DNA of 14,410 nt. It comes from Candidatus Auribacterota bacterium. Lineage in GTDB: Bacteria > Auribacterota > UBA6266. Shown piece after piece: positions 1 to 7,759 of the stretch. The number at the start of each line of letters is the position of its first letter. Positions within the stretch are counted from its first letter, which is position 1. Below the pieces are notes generated by a model. The model did no database searches, was not told the DNA's origin, and worked only from the letters and a program-made list of their open reading frames with translations. The stretch is taken from the NCBI GenBank assembly GCA_023136205.1, contig JAGLRQ010000003.1, forward strand, positions 1 through 14,410. Direction: 5' to 3'. The translations under genes were made by a program, and so were the position numbers.

Positions 1-3000
1 ATAACCATAACAGGAAGGTTTTTTTCTACAAGTTCAAAATTTTTCTTAAAAGCCGACGGAAAAAGAATGACTTCCATGCTCCCTTTAAGGTCTTCCAGTG
101 TAAGAACAGCCATTTTTTCTCTTGTTTTTCTTGTCGCCAGATTTTTTAAATTTGAAATAATTCCTCCTACCATAACAGTCCCGTTAGAAGAAGCCTTTTT
201 AATACTTTCGGTATCAGCGGTAGAAAATATCTTCAAAACATTTTTATACTGAACAATTGGATGACCTGAAATATAAAAGCCTAAAAGTTCCTTTTCAAAC
301 GTCAGAAGCTGGCTTTCATGAAATTCCGCGACATCAGGCAATGCTTCTGACTTAATAGTTGCGGTCTCCTCTCCAAAAAGAGATTGTTGCCCTCTTTGTC
401 TTTCTCTGTGTAATCCGGCGGCATCAATAAGCTTCGCATCCAACACCTTAAATAATTGGGCTCTTTTGTATCCAAGGCTGGAAAAGGCCCCGCATTTAAT
501 AAGGCTTTCCACAACCTTTCTATTAGAAGCTTTTGTATCAACACTATTAAGAAAATCTGTTAATGAAATAAACTTTCCCCTCTTTTCCCTGACTTTCACT
601 ATTGATTCAACTGCTGTCTCCCCGACATTTTTTATTGCCGCCAAACCAAACCTGATATTACCGCCTACAACAGTAAATCCTTTAAAACTCTCGTTAATAT
701 CGGGCGGCAGAATTTCTATACCCATGTTTGAACACTCATCAATATATTTAGCCATTTTATCCATATTGTTAAGTTCGCTTGTTAGAAGAGCGGCCATGTA
801 CTCCACAGGATAATTTGCTTTAAGATACGCGGTCTGATAGGCGATCACGGCATAAGCCTGGCTATGAGATTTATTAAAACCGTATCCGGCAAACTTTTCA
901 ATGGTATTAAAGATTTTTTCAGCAAGTTTCTTCTTTATTCCATTTTTTACCGCGCCATCAATAAACTTCGTCTCCTGCTTTCCCATTGCGGCTTTTTTCT
1001 TCTTTCCCATAATCCTTCTTAAGATATCCGCATCAGCAAGAGTATATCCCGCAATCACATTCACAGTCTGCATCACCTGTTCCTGGTAAAGCATAATGCC
1101 ATAGGTATCTCGCAAAATCGGCTCAAGGCTTGGATGGTCATACTTTATGGGAACCTTACCAAGCTTTTTCTGAACATAGTCATCAAGCATATTCATCGGG
1201 CCCGGCCTATAAAGAGCTACAAGAGCATTTACATCTTCCAAAGTTGAAATTCCTATTCTTCTCGCGAGATCCTGCATTCCCGCGCTTTCAAGTTGAAACA
1301 CACCTATAGTATCGGCATTGTTCAGCAGTTCAAATGTTTTAAAATTCTCGAGAGAAATTTCATCAATATTAATTTTCTCTCCTCGGGTTTTATCTATAAT
1401 TCTTATACAGTTTTGAATTACTGTAAGAGTCTTCAGCCCCAGAAAATCCATTTTCAAAAGGCCGATTCTGCTGACATCGTTCATATCAAACTGTGTAATA
1501 ACTTCACCCTCTTTTCCCCTGCAAAGCGGCAGGTATTCCTCCAAAGGTTTGTTGTCAGCGATAACTACTCCCGCGGCATGAGTGGAGGCATGTCTGCTTA
1601 ACCCCTCAAGTTTAAGTGCCATCTCAAAAAGCCTTTTTATTCTTTCATCTTTGTTTATCGCTTCTTTTAATCTCGGCTCGCTTTTTAAAGCTTTCTTCAA
1701 TGTAACACCCAAACCTTCCGGAACAAGCTTGGCAAGTCTATCAACCTCGGCATATGGCATATTCAGAACCCTTCCAACATCCCTTACCACTGCCTTAGCC
1801 TTCATGGTTCCAAAGGTTATAATCTGAGCAACACTGTCTTTGCCATATTTTGTGGAGACATATTCAATAAGCTTTCCCCTGTCCTCATCAGCGATATCGA
1901 TATCGATATCGGGAGGAGAAACACGAGAAGGGTTTAGAAATCTTTCAAAAAGAAGATTGAACTTTATGGGATCAACATTTGTTATTTCAAGAACATAGGA
2001 TACAAGGCTTCCTGCCGCGGAGCCCCTGCCGGGGCCTATCGCAATCGCATGTGTTTTTGCATAGTGTATAAAATCCCACACGATAAGAAAGTAACTTATA
2101 AAACCAAGTTTTTCTATAATTTGAAGTTCATGCTCTAACCTTTCCCTGACTTCAGAAGTTACTTTGCCATATCTTTTCACCAACCCTTTCTCGCAAAGTT
2201 CTCTTAAATAATCTTCCTGTTTTTTGCTTCCGGGCACCACGAATTTCGGATAATAGTATCTACCGCCAAGCTGAAGTTCCAGGTTGCATCTGTCTGCTAT
2301 TTCCAATGTAGTTTCCAAAGACTGCGGCAAATCTTCAAAAGCTATTTTCATTTCTGTTTCGCTTTTTAAATAAAATTCATCTGTGGACATTTTCATCCTT
2401 TTTGCGTCATCGACTGTGGCATCTGTCTGTATGCCAAGGAATATTTCGTGAGCGGCAGCATCCTCTTTGTCAATGTAATGAACATCGTTTGTCGCAACCA
2501 GCTTTAAACCAGAATCTTCAGAAAGTTCTTTCAAAACTTTATTAACTTTAATCTGTTCCGGAATCAGGTGATTCATAACTTCGAGATAAAAATTTTCTTT
2601 TCCAAAAATTCCTATGTACTCATCAATAATAGCCCTGGCTTTGTCTATGTTTCCATTAAGAATCTCCTGTGCAATTTCACCTTTGAGACATCCGCTAAGC
2701 GCTATAAGCCCGCTGCTAAACTCTCTCAGCGTTGCCTTGTCTATTCTCGGTTTATAATAGTATCCCTCGCGGTAAGCTCTGGTATTTAATTTTATGAGAT
2801 TGCTGTATCCTTCCTTATCCTTTATGAGTAAAGTAAGATGATACGCATTGGTTTTGCGTGAATTAGGTTTCTTTTCTTTCATGCTGCCGGGAGAAACGTA
2901 CATCTCGCATCCTATTATGGGTTTTATACCTGCATCCAAAGCCTTATCATAAAACTTTATAACACCATGCATATTACCGTGGTCCGTTATCGCGAGGGTA

Positions 3001-3113
3001 GACATTCCAAGTTCAACCGCTTTTTTAATAAGCCTGTCTAAACTACAAGCTCCATCAAGAAGGCTGTACTCGGTATGAACGTGCAGGTGAGCAAAATTTT
3101 TATTATTATTCAT
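1..3113 (-). CDS. dnaE: DNA polymerase III alpha subunit (DnaE), N-terminal ~1037 codons; 3' end lies beyond the window
   Basis: ATG at 3113-3111. Hand translation begins MNNNKNFAHLHVHTEYSLLDGA...LAITDHGNMHG, showing PHP-domain HxH and DHG motifs. VSPPDIDIDIA is encoded at 1922-1890, the polymerase catalytic-Asp PDIDID motif. The frame has a start but no stop in the window, which explains why the track (start-to-stop ORFs only) does not list it. Confidence 0.95.
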   Translation of the reverse strand, partial: MNNNKNFAHLHVHTEYSLLDGACSLDRLIKKAVELGMSTLAITDHGNMHGVIKFYDKALDAGIKPIIGCEMYVSPGSMKEKKPNSRKTNAYHLTLLIKDKEGYSNLIKLNTRAYREGYYYKPRIDKATLREFSSGLIALSGCLKGEIAQEILNGNIDKARAIIDEYIGIFGKENFYLEVMNHLIPEQIKVNKVLKELSEDSGLKLVATNDVHYIDKEDAAAHEIFLGIQTDATVDDAKRMKMSTDEFYLKSETEMKIAFEDLPQSLETTLEIADRCNLELQLGGRYYYPKFVVPGSKKQEDYLRELCEKGLVKRYGKVTSEVRERLEHELQIIEKLGFISYFLIVWDFIHYAKTHAIAIGPGRGSAAGSLVSYVLEITNVDPIKFNLLFERFLNPSRVSPPDIDIDIADEDRGKLIEYVSTKYGKDSVAQIITFGTMKAKAVVRDVGRVLNMPYAEVDRLAKLVPEGLGVTLKKALKSEPRLKEAINKDERIKRLFEMALKLEGLSRHASTHAAGVVIADNKPLEEYLPLCRGKEGEVITQFDMNDVSRIGLLKMDFLGLKTLTVIQNCIRIIDKTRGEKINIDEISLENFKTFELLNNADTIGVFQLESAGMQDLARRIGISTLEDVNALVALYRPGPMNMLDDYVQKKLGKVPIKYDHPSLEPILRDTYGIMLYQEQVMQTVNVIAGYTLADADILRRIMGKKKKAAMGKQETKFIDGAVKNGIKKKLAEKIFNTIEKFAGYGFNKSHSQAYAVIAYQTAYLKANYPVEYMAALLTSELNNMDKMAKYIDECSNMGIEILPPDINESFKGFTVVGGNIRFGLAAIKNVGETAVESIVKVREKRGKFISLTDFLNSVDTKASNRKVVESLIKCGAFSSLGYKRAQLFKVLDAKLIDAAGLHRERQRGQQSLFGEETATIKSEALPDVAEFHESQLLTFEKELLGFYISGHPIVQYKNVLKIFSTADTESIKKASSNGTVMVGGIISNLKNLATRKTREKMAVLTLEDLKGSMEVILFPSAFKKNFELVEKNLPVMV

Positions 3114-3125
3114 AAACAAAATATT

Positions 3126-3368
3126 TCACTCTCTTTTTTTTCCTTCACTTTTATTTATAGAACTACAGCGAGGGCAGCGTGAAAAGTCCTCTTCGGAATC
3201 ATAAATATATACATACGCACAAATCGGGCACCTGCAGGTTTTTTTTTGTTCAGGATTTACCCTCTTCACCTTGACCTTATACTCAAAAAAAATCCAGGCA
3301 AAGAGCACCACTCCCAGGGAAAGGCACAGATACACAACAAAAGCAGTGGAAATATCAACTTTTATCAT
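3126..3368 (-). CDS. small (80 aa) membrane-anchored zinc-ribbon protein, function unknown
   Basis: ATG at 3368-3366 overlaps the stop of the upstream TonB_C gene by 14 nt (AAATGATAAAAGTTGA). One N-terminal hydrophobic helix (ISTAFVVYLCLSLGVVLFAWIFFEY) is followed by a K/R-rich stretch and by CRCPIC-x15-CPRC, two Cys knuckles typical of a zinc ribbon or rubredoxin-like fold. The stop is 12 nt before the dnaE ATG. No family recognised by eye. Confidence 0.6.
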   Translation of the reverse strand: MIKVDISTAFVVYLCLSLGVVLFAWIFFEYKVKVKRVNPEQKKTCRCPICAYVYIYDSEEDFSRCPRCSSINKSEGKKRE

Positions 3369-4143
3369 TTTTTATTTCTTCCACATTAGAATCCGGAATT
3401 GCCGGATGCGCATTAATGGTCCCCCAGTCAAGAGAATCAGTGCCGGTATCTTCAGAAAATATCCATTCGGAAACCGCATCCGCCCACAATTGATCAATTT
3501 TTTTTCTGCCGCAAGATTTCTCAATTATTACATATCTCACTTTACCTAACGGTGTAACCCAGAATTTCAGCGTAAGCCTGTTCAAATCTGAATAGTCCTT
3601 AAAATCCTCCGGCAACTGTGGAAAATGCATTTTCACGGCATCTCTCACGGATACAGGGCCCGCAACAAGTGATTTTTTCCTTTCAAATATATCCAGTAAG
3701 CCCCCACCCCATTTTCCTTCAATCATAGATGGAGCGAAGACATCTTTCGATTCTAATTCTAACTTTATGTTAAACTCCGGTTTCGATAAGACTCCAGCTA
3801 AAGTTATCGGAGATTCCTGTCTGCGGCTGCGCAAACTTGCGGGCTCCTGATCCCATACAACCACCTGGTGATCAAATTTAATTTCAGAATCCAGCACTTT
3901 TCTTGAAAATCCAGCCCGGCCCGGCATAGAAAAAAGGCTATAGTCGCTTTCGCTTAAAATATCAGTAATCTCAGGTTTATCAAGCCTCAGAGGAACTGAA
4001 ACAAGAAAAACTTCCACGGGTAATCTTTTCGCGAGGAAAAAGGGGTCGCTTTTCACACCCACCAGCAAGAAACCTGCCAAGTGCCATACAACAGACAATA
4101 AAAATGCCTGAAAAAATATTTTGTCTTTCAAAACACCATTCAT
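3355..4143 (-). CDS. TonB/TolA-like energy-transducer candidate: N-terminal TM anchor plus C-terminal TonB_C-like domain
   Basis: ATG at 4143. N-terminal helix is FFQAFLLSVVWHLAGFLLVGV. The C-terminal segment FPQLPEDF...LTLKFWVTPLGKVRYVIIEKSCGRKKIDQLWADAVSEWIF fits the TonB C-terminal pattern (YP..A...G.V.v.F.V...G.V....v..SSG...LD.AA..AV..W.F). It lies 16 nt downstream of exbD, the canonical exbB-exbD-tonB order. The central region is not Pro/Glu/Lys-rich, unlike classical TonB. No obvious SD. Confidence 0.65.
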   Translation of the reverse strand: MNGVLKDKIFFQAFLLSVVWHLAGFLLVGVKSDPFFLAKRLPVEVFLVSVPLRLDKPEITDILSESDYSLFSMPGRAGFSRKVLDSEIKFDHQVVVWDQEPASLRSRRQESPITLAGVLSKPEFNIKLELESKDVFAPSMIEGKWGGGLLDIFERKKSLVAGPVSVRDAVKMHFPQLPEDFKDYSDLNRLTLKFWVTPLGKVRYVIIEKSCGRKKIDQLWADAVSEWIFSEDTGTDSLDWGTINAHPAIPDSNVEEIKNDKS

Positions 4144-4159
4144 CGGAAAGGGATAAAGG

Positions 4160-4570
4160 TTATTCTCTCTTCTTAGGTTTCGTAGCTATGGCTAATCTGT
4201 TTATACCGGCAGATTTTATTTCACCCATCACTTTTACAACAAGCCCATGATTAACCCTGTCGTCAGCTTTAATAATAACTATCTTATCGGGGGTTCTCTT
4301 TGCTATAGGCCTGAGCTTAATTCCAAGGGCTTCTTCAGTTATATTTTCATCATTTAGGAGAATCTTCCTTTCCGAAGTAATTGTTACAATAATATTATCC
4401 TCAGACTGCGCTTCGCTCACTTTCGATTCAGGAAGATTCACTTTTATCCCCGGCTGAAGTATAAATGAAGATGACAGCATAAAAAACAGCAACAGCAGGA
4501 AAATCACATCTATAAGAGGAGTAATATCTAATTTCCCTTTTTCAAGCGAGGTCTTTTTTCTAAACTTCAT
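4160..4570 (-). CDS. exbD: ExbD/TolR family biopolymer transport protein (136 aa)
   Basis: The track ORF runs to 4648, but I place the start at the ATG at 4570-4568 (MKFRKKTSLEKGKLDITPLIDVIFLLLLFFMLSS...). This gives the typical short cytoplasmic N-terminus, the D-x-TPLIDV-x-F-LL-FF TM signature of ExbD/TolR and a periplasmic domain. This ATG overlaps the exbB stop by 11 nt (GAATATGAAGTTTAG), suggesting translational coupling. Confidence 0.9.
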   Translation of the reverse strand: MKFRKKTSLEKGKLDITPLIDVIFLLLLFFMLSSSFILQPGIKVNLPESKVSEAQSEDNIIVTITSERKILLNDENITEEALGIKLRPIAKRTPDKIVIIKADDRVNHGLVVKVMGEIKSAGINRLAIATKPKKRE

Positions 4571-5192
4571 ATTCTTCTCCTCTAGCAGCAAGAATATTGA
4601 CAAGTTCCGTAGCGCTCTTTTCCATATCAAGAACCAGAGAATCAACACGGCTTACAAGATAGTTATAAGCCACATAAGCCGGTATAGCAACTGTTAACCC
4701 CGCGGCGGTTGTCACCAGAGCTTCCCATATACCTCCCGCAAGGTCAGCCGGATTTACAATGCCCGCCTTCGCGCTTATATCCTGAATTCGCATAAAAGCC
4801 TTGATCATGCCCGTTACCGTCCCAAGAAGCCCCAGAAGAGGTGTTACATGAGCAATGGTCGCGAGTACTACCAGGTTTTTTTCGAAACGCGGAACTTCAT
4901 GCAATCCCGCATCTTCTATTGATTCTTTTATTTCTTCTTTTTGATCATCATGTTTCAGGAGCCCTGCTTTGACTATATGTGCCACAGGGCCAGGTGTTTC
5001 ATCACAAATCGAGATAGCTTCCGTTATTTTTCCCTTCTTTATTATATTTCTAATGCCCGCCATGAATTTCTCGGTATCAATCTGGGCACGGTGGAAATGA
5101 AACAACCGTTCAATGAAAATAGTAAGAGCAAGGACTGAACAAAACCCAATAAGATACATTAACGGCCCGCCTTTTACTACAATTTCTAACAT
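4560..5192 (-). CDS. exbB: MotA/TolQ/ExbB family proton-channel protein (210 aa)
   Basis: ATG at 5192, preceded by a strong SD (AAAAGGAGGATTAT-ATG). It has three predicted TM helices. The family signature is present: PLLGLLGTVTGMIKAF...LAGGIWEALVTTAAGLTVAIPAYVAYNYL. Confidence 0.92.
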   Translation of the reverse strand: MLEIVVKGGPLMYLIGFCSVLALTIFIERLFHFHRAQIDTEKFMAGIRNIIKKGKITEAISICDETPGPVAHIVKAGLLKHDDQKEEIKESIEDAGLHEVPRFEKNLVVLATIAHVTPLLGLLGTVTGMIKAFMRIQDISAKAGIVNPADLAGGIWEALVTTAAGLTVAIPAYVAYNYLVSRVDSLVLDMEKSATELVNILAARGEEYEV

Positions 5193-5214
5193 ATAATCCT
5201 CCTTTTATTATATC

Positions 5215-5242
5215 GTATTGAGTATTGAGTATCGCGTATTGC
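5215..5242. repeat. four tandem heptamers GTATTGA GTATTGA GTATCGC GTATTGC (plus strand), in the TPR-exbB intergenic region
   Basis: Read directly from the sequence. Copies lie at 5215-5221, 5222-5228, 5229-5235 and 5236-5242. On the transcribed strand they read GCAATAC GCGATAC TCAATAC TCAATAC, ending about 12 nt before the exbB SD. Confidence 0.85.
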
Positions 5243-5270
5243 GTTAAGAATTCTATTTAATACGCAATAC
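5236..5270 (-). repeat. inverted repeat / RNA hairpin: 9-bp arms (GTATTGCGT / ACGCAATAC) with a 17-nt loop containing the palindrome AGAATTCT
   Basis: Arms at 5236-5244 and 5262-5270 are perfectly complementary. The right arm extends to ACGCAATACTC, which can alternatively pair with GAGTAT of a neighbouring heptamer. It sits 17 nt after the TPR stop codon, but no U-tract follows on the minus strand, so it is not a canonical intrinsic terminator. Confidence 0.7.
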
Positions 5271-5286
5271 TCACTACTGATTTTTC

Positions 5287-7755
5287 CTACCAGATAAAAC
5301 TTCCCTTCCTCCTCAATTCGCTTATCCTTTTTGCGGCATCTTCGCTTAACGGATTGTTTACATCAATCAGTTTCTGATAAATTTTTATAGCTTCTTTAAA
5401 TTTGCCCATCCCTTCATATAATTCAGCAGCTTTATAATCTGCCTTCGAAAACCAGTGTTTAACCTGAGAATAACCATATATTACCATAAGATAGCGATCC
5501 AGAGCTTTATCAATATCACCAAGTTTTTCAAAACATCTTCCTATTTTATAATATGCCTGGGCTTTTAATTCAGGGTTGTCGCTGCTAAGAATTTCTTCGT
5601 ACACCTCGACTGCCTCCTGATATTTTTCCATAGTGAAAAGTGAATCTGCAATTCTTCCTTTTGTTTCGAAAACAAGGTAGTTATTCTTTTGCTCCGAAAG
5701 TGCGGTAAAAGTTTCAAGCGCTTCACCAAATCTGGCTTGAGCCGCAAAGCAATCACCTAAAAGAAAGGCGCCATCAAATCTAAAATCGCCGTCGGGGTAC
5801 CTGGCTAAAAGTTCCTTCAAAATTGCTTCGGCATCATTAATGTCCTCATTTCTAAAAGCACTTTTCGCCGCCCAAAACATTGCCTCATCGGCCAGCTCGG
5901 AAGAAGGGAAGACTTCATATAATTTCGTGTATATTCCCCTCGCGGACTTAAATTCTTCATTATTATACCTCTTCTCACCAAGCCAAAACATGACTTCCGC
6001 TGTAATAGGTGAATGAGGGTACTTTACGACATATTCTTCAAAAGATTTACTTGCTTCTTCCATTTTCCCCATCTGGCTGTAACACCAGGCACGTTCATAT
6101 TCCGCGCGCGGAACCAGAGGACTACCAGGAAACTGTTCTATCATTTCCGAATAATATTTAAGAGACCGCTGATAATCTCCCATCGCATAATATGTGGCGC
6201 CTATCCGAAAGGTCGCCATATCCTTAAGGTCAGATCCGGCAAAAGAGTTTAAAAGCTTAAAATATGCTCCAATAGCTTTTTCGAAATTTCCCGCATTGAA
6301 ATTAGCCATACCAATTCTATATTGCGCATTATCTGAAAACGGGCTTTCAGGATATTGAGTTATAAGAGTCTCAAAAGCTCCCATTGCTTTCGAAAAACCT
6401 TCCAGTTTATAATAACACCACCCTATTTGAAAAAGAGCCTGGTCGGCTTTCCCGCTCCGCGGATATTCACTAAGAATCATTTTATAACTTTTTACAGCCC
6501 CTTCGTAATCACCCAGAAAATAATAGGCATCGCCTATTTTTAACTGTGTTCCCGCTTTAAAACCAGGATCGTTACTGCTTTCTCTCGCCCTTTTGAAATT
6601 ATCAACTGCCTTAATATATTTACTCTGCCTGAAATATGCCCATCCAAGCCCATTATAAAATTTGGGTAATTTTACACTGCTATGAAATCTATTCAACAGC
6701 TCCTTGAAAAACGCTTCGCCTTTTTCATATTCTCCGAGCTCCAGATAGGATTCCGCAAGCCAATACGTCGCATCCTCAATACTAAAATCCTCCGGATAAT
6801 CTTTAATAAATGTTTCCAGTTTCTCAACAGCTGTTTTATAATCCGCCAGAATAAAACTGCCTTCCCCTATGCGCAAATAAGCAGCCTTCGCGTAAGAGCT
6901 GGATGGATAGTCTGTTATAAGAAGCTGGAACTTTTCTACCGCCTTATTATACTCCTTAAGTTCCCAGTAAGACCACCCAATAAGATACAGACAGGTATGA
7001 GCCCATTCTTCATTTTTCCCTTTCTCAAGAGCTTTCTCCAAATTATCAATTGCCTTGGAATATTTATTTTCTGCAAGGTTAACTTTCCCAAGCCACAACA
7101 TGGACTCCATGGCTTCATAAGAATCCGGTGATTTTTCAACAACCTTCCTAAAATTATCCTCCGCAATATCGTAATGCTTAAGACCATACTCCATAGATCC
7201 AATACTGAGACAGGTTTTCGCGAAAAGTTTACTCTCAGGAAATTTTTTCACAAGTTCATTAAAAATCTCTATTCCCTTCTCATCCTCATTTTTATGGCGG
7301 TAACACCATCCCAGAGAATAATACGCGTACTCCATATAAAAACCTTTATCGTACTCTACAATAAGTTTCCGATACGCTGAAATAGCTTCATCGTATCTTT
7401 TCTTTTTAAGATACGATTCCCCAATCCAGTACAGCATTGAATCCCTGAAGGATCTATCACGATACTTGATATATCTGTTTAAAAGATTAATCGCCTGATC
7501 GTAATTTTCACTATAATAGTGGCATTCTCCAAGAAGCGCTATCGCTTCCCTGCGATTTTCCGCGGTGGGATAGGTAGAAATATATCTTTGTAATTGGATA
7601 GCGGCAGTATCATACAATTCATCGGCATATGCTCCCTTTGCCACATCCAAAAGCTCTTTAGCCTCTTTGCCTTCATACGCAGAACAAAGCGTCGTAAAGA
7701 AAAGAAGAATGATTATACATACATAAGTTCTTAAACTACAACGGGATAAAAGCAC
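5287..7755 (-). CDS. large secreted tetratricopeptide-repeat protein (~820 aa), tandem CpoB(YbgF)/BamD-type TPR units
   Basis: The ORF is open from 7821 (TTG), with other in-frame starts at ATG 7812 and GTG 7755. I favour GTG 7755. It lies 4 nt after the ymdB stop, has GAAAGG upstream, and yields a clean signal peptide (M)LLSRCSLRTYVCIIILLFFTTLCSA|YEG. The body has more than 12 repeats of the ~37-aa pattern A...F..L...YP.S....A.y.iG.cyy..g.y..A (for example ITDYPSSSYAKAAYLRIG, LSEYPRSGKADQALFQIGWCY, ITQYPESPFSDNAQYRIGMAN, IEQFPGSPLVPRAEYERAWCY, VVKYPHSPITAEVMFWLGE). The start coordinate is uncertain (7755, 7812 or 7821). Confidence 0.9.
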   Translation of the reverse strand: MLLSRCSLRTYVCIIILLFFTTLCSAYEGKEAKELLDVAKGAYADELYDTAAIQLQRYISTYPTAENRREAIALLGECHYYSENYDQAINLLNRYIKYRDRSFRDSMLYWIGESYLKKKRYDEAISAYRKLIVEYDKGFYMEYAYYSLGWCYRHKNEDEKGIEIFNELVKKFPESKLFAKTCLSIGSMEYGLKHYDIAEDNFRKVVEKSPDSYEAMESMLWLGKVNLAENKYSKAIDNLEKALEKGKNEEWAHTCLYLIGWSYWELKEYNKAVEKFQLLITDYPSSSYAKAAYLRIGEGSFILADYKTAVEKLETFIKDYPEDFSIEDATYWLAESYLELGEYEKGEAFFKELLNRFHSSVKLPKFYNGLGWAYFRQSKYIKAVDNFKRARESSNDPGFKAGTQLKIGDAYYFLGDYEGAVKSYKMILSEYPRSGKADQALFQIGWCYYKLEGFSKAMGAFETLITQYPESPFSDNAQYRIGMANFNAGNFEKAIGAYFKLLNSFAGSDLKDMATFRIGATYYAMGDYQRSLKYYSEMIEQFPGSPLVPRAEYERAWCYSQMGKMEEASKSFEEYVVKYPHSPITAEVMFWLGEKRYNNEEFKSARGIYTKLYEVFPSSELADEAMFWAAKSAFRNEDINDAEAILKELLARYPDGDFRFDGAFLLGDCFAAQARFGEALETFTALSEQKNNYLVFETKGRIADSLFTMEKYQEAVEVYEEILSSDNPELKAQAYYKIGRCFEKLGDIDKALDRYLMVIYGYSQVKHWFSKADYKAAELYEGMGKFKEAIKIYQKLIDVNNPLSEDAAKRISELRRKGSFIW

Positions 7756-7759
7756 AACA

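Noticed and set aside
1893-1910. Perfect tandem GATATC x3 (three EcoRV palindromes in a row)
   Set aside because: It lies in frame inside dnaE and encodes D-I-D-I-D-I of the conserved PDIDID catalytic motif. Codon reuse explains the DNA repeat, and no separate element is needed.
4571-4648. N-terminal extension of the ExbD ORF (track start at 4648, MLILWFLIWKRALRNLSIFLLLEEKN...)
   Set aside because: It would overlap exbB by 89 nt and add a non-family hydrophobic leader. The internal ATG at 4570 gives the canonical ExbD/TolR N-terminus and an 11-nt coupled overlap.
5207-5212. Perfect TATAAT (minus strand) upstream of exbB
   Set aside because: It ends only about 4 nt before the AGGAGG SD, so a transcript started from it would begin inside or after the SD. 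The best -35 at 17-nt spacing is poor (GCGATA). It is probably a chance match in AT-rich sequence.
6682-7131. 149-aa plus-strand ORF, and other long plus-strand or alternate-frame ORFs (for example 466-813, 1293-1601, 5565-5756, 6936-7202, 7968-8270, 11513-11944, 11966-12304, 14130-14399)
   Set aside because: All lie wholly inside strongly supported minus-strand genes (dnaE, TPR, ymdB, rarA, pheT). Their products are low-complexity, Phe/Ser/Leu/Ile-rich and without motifs. They are typical shadow ORFs of AT-rich coding sequence.
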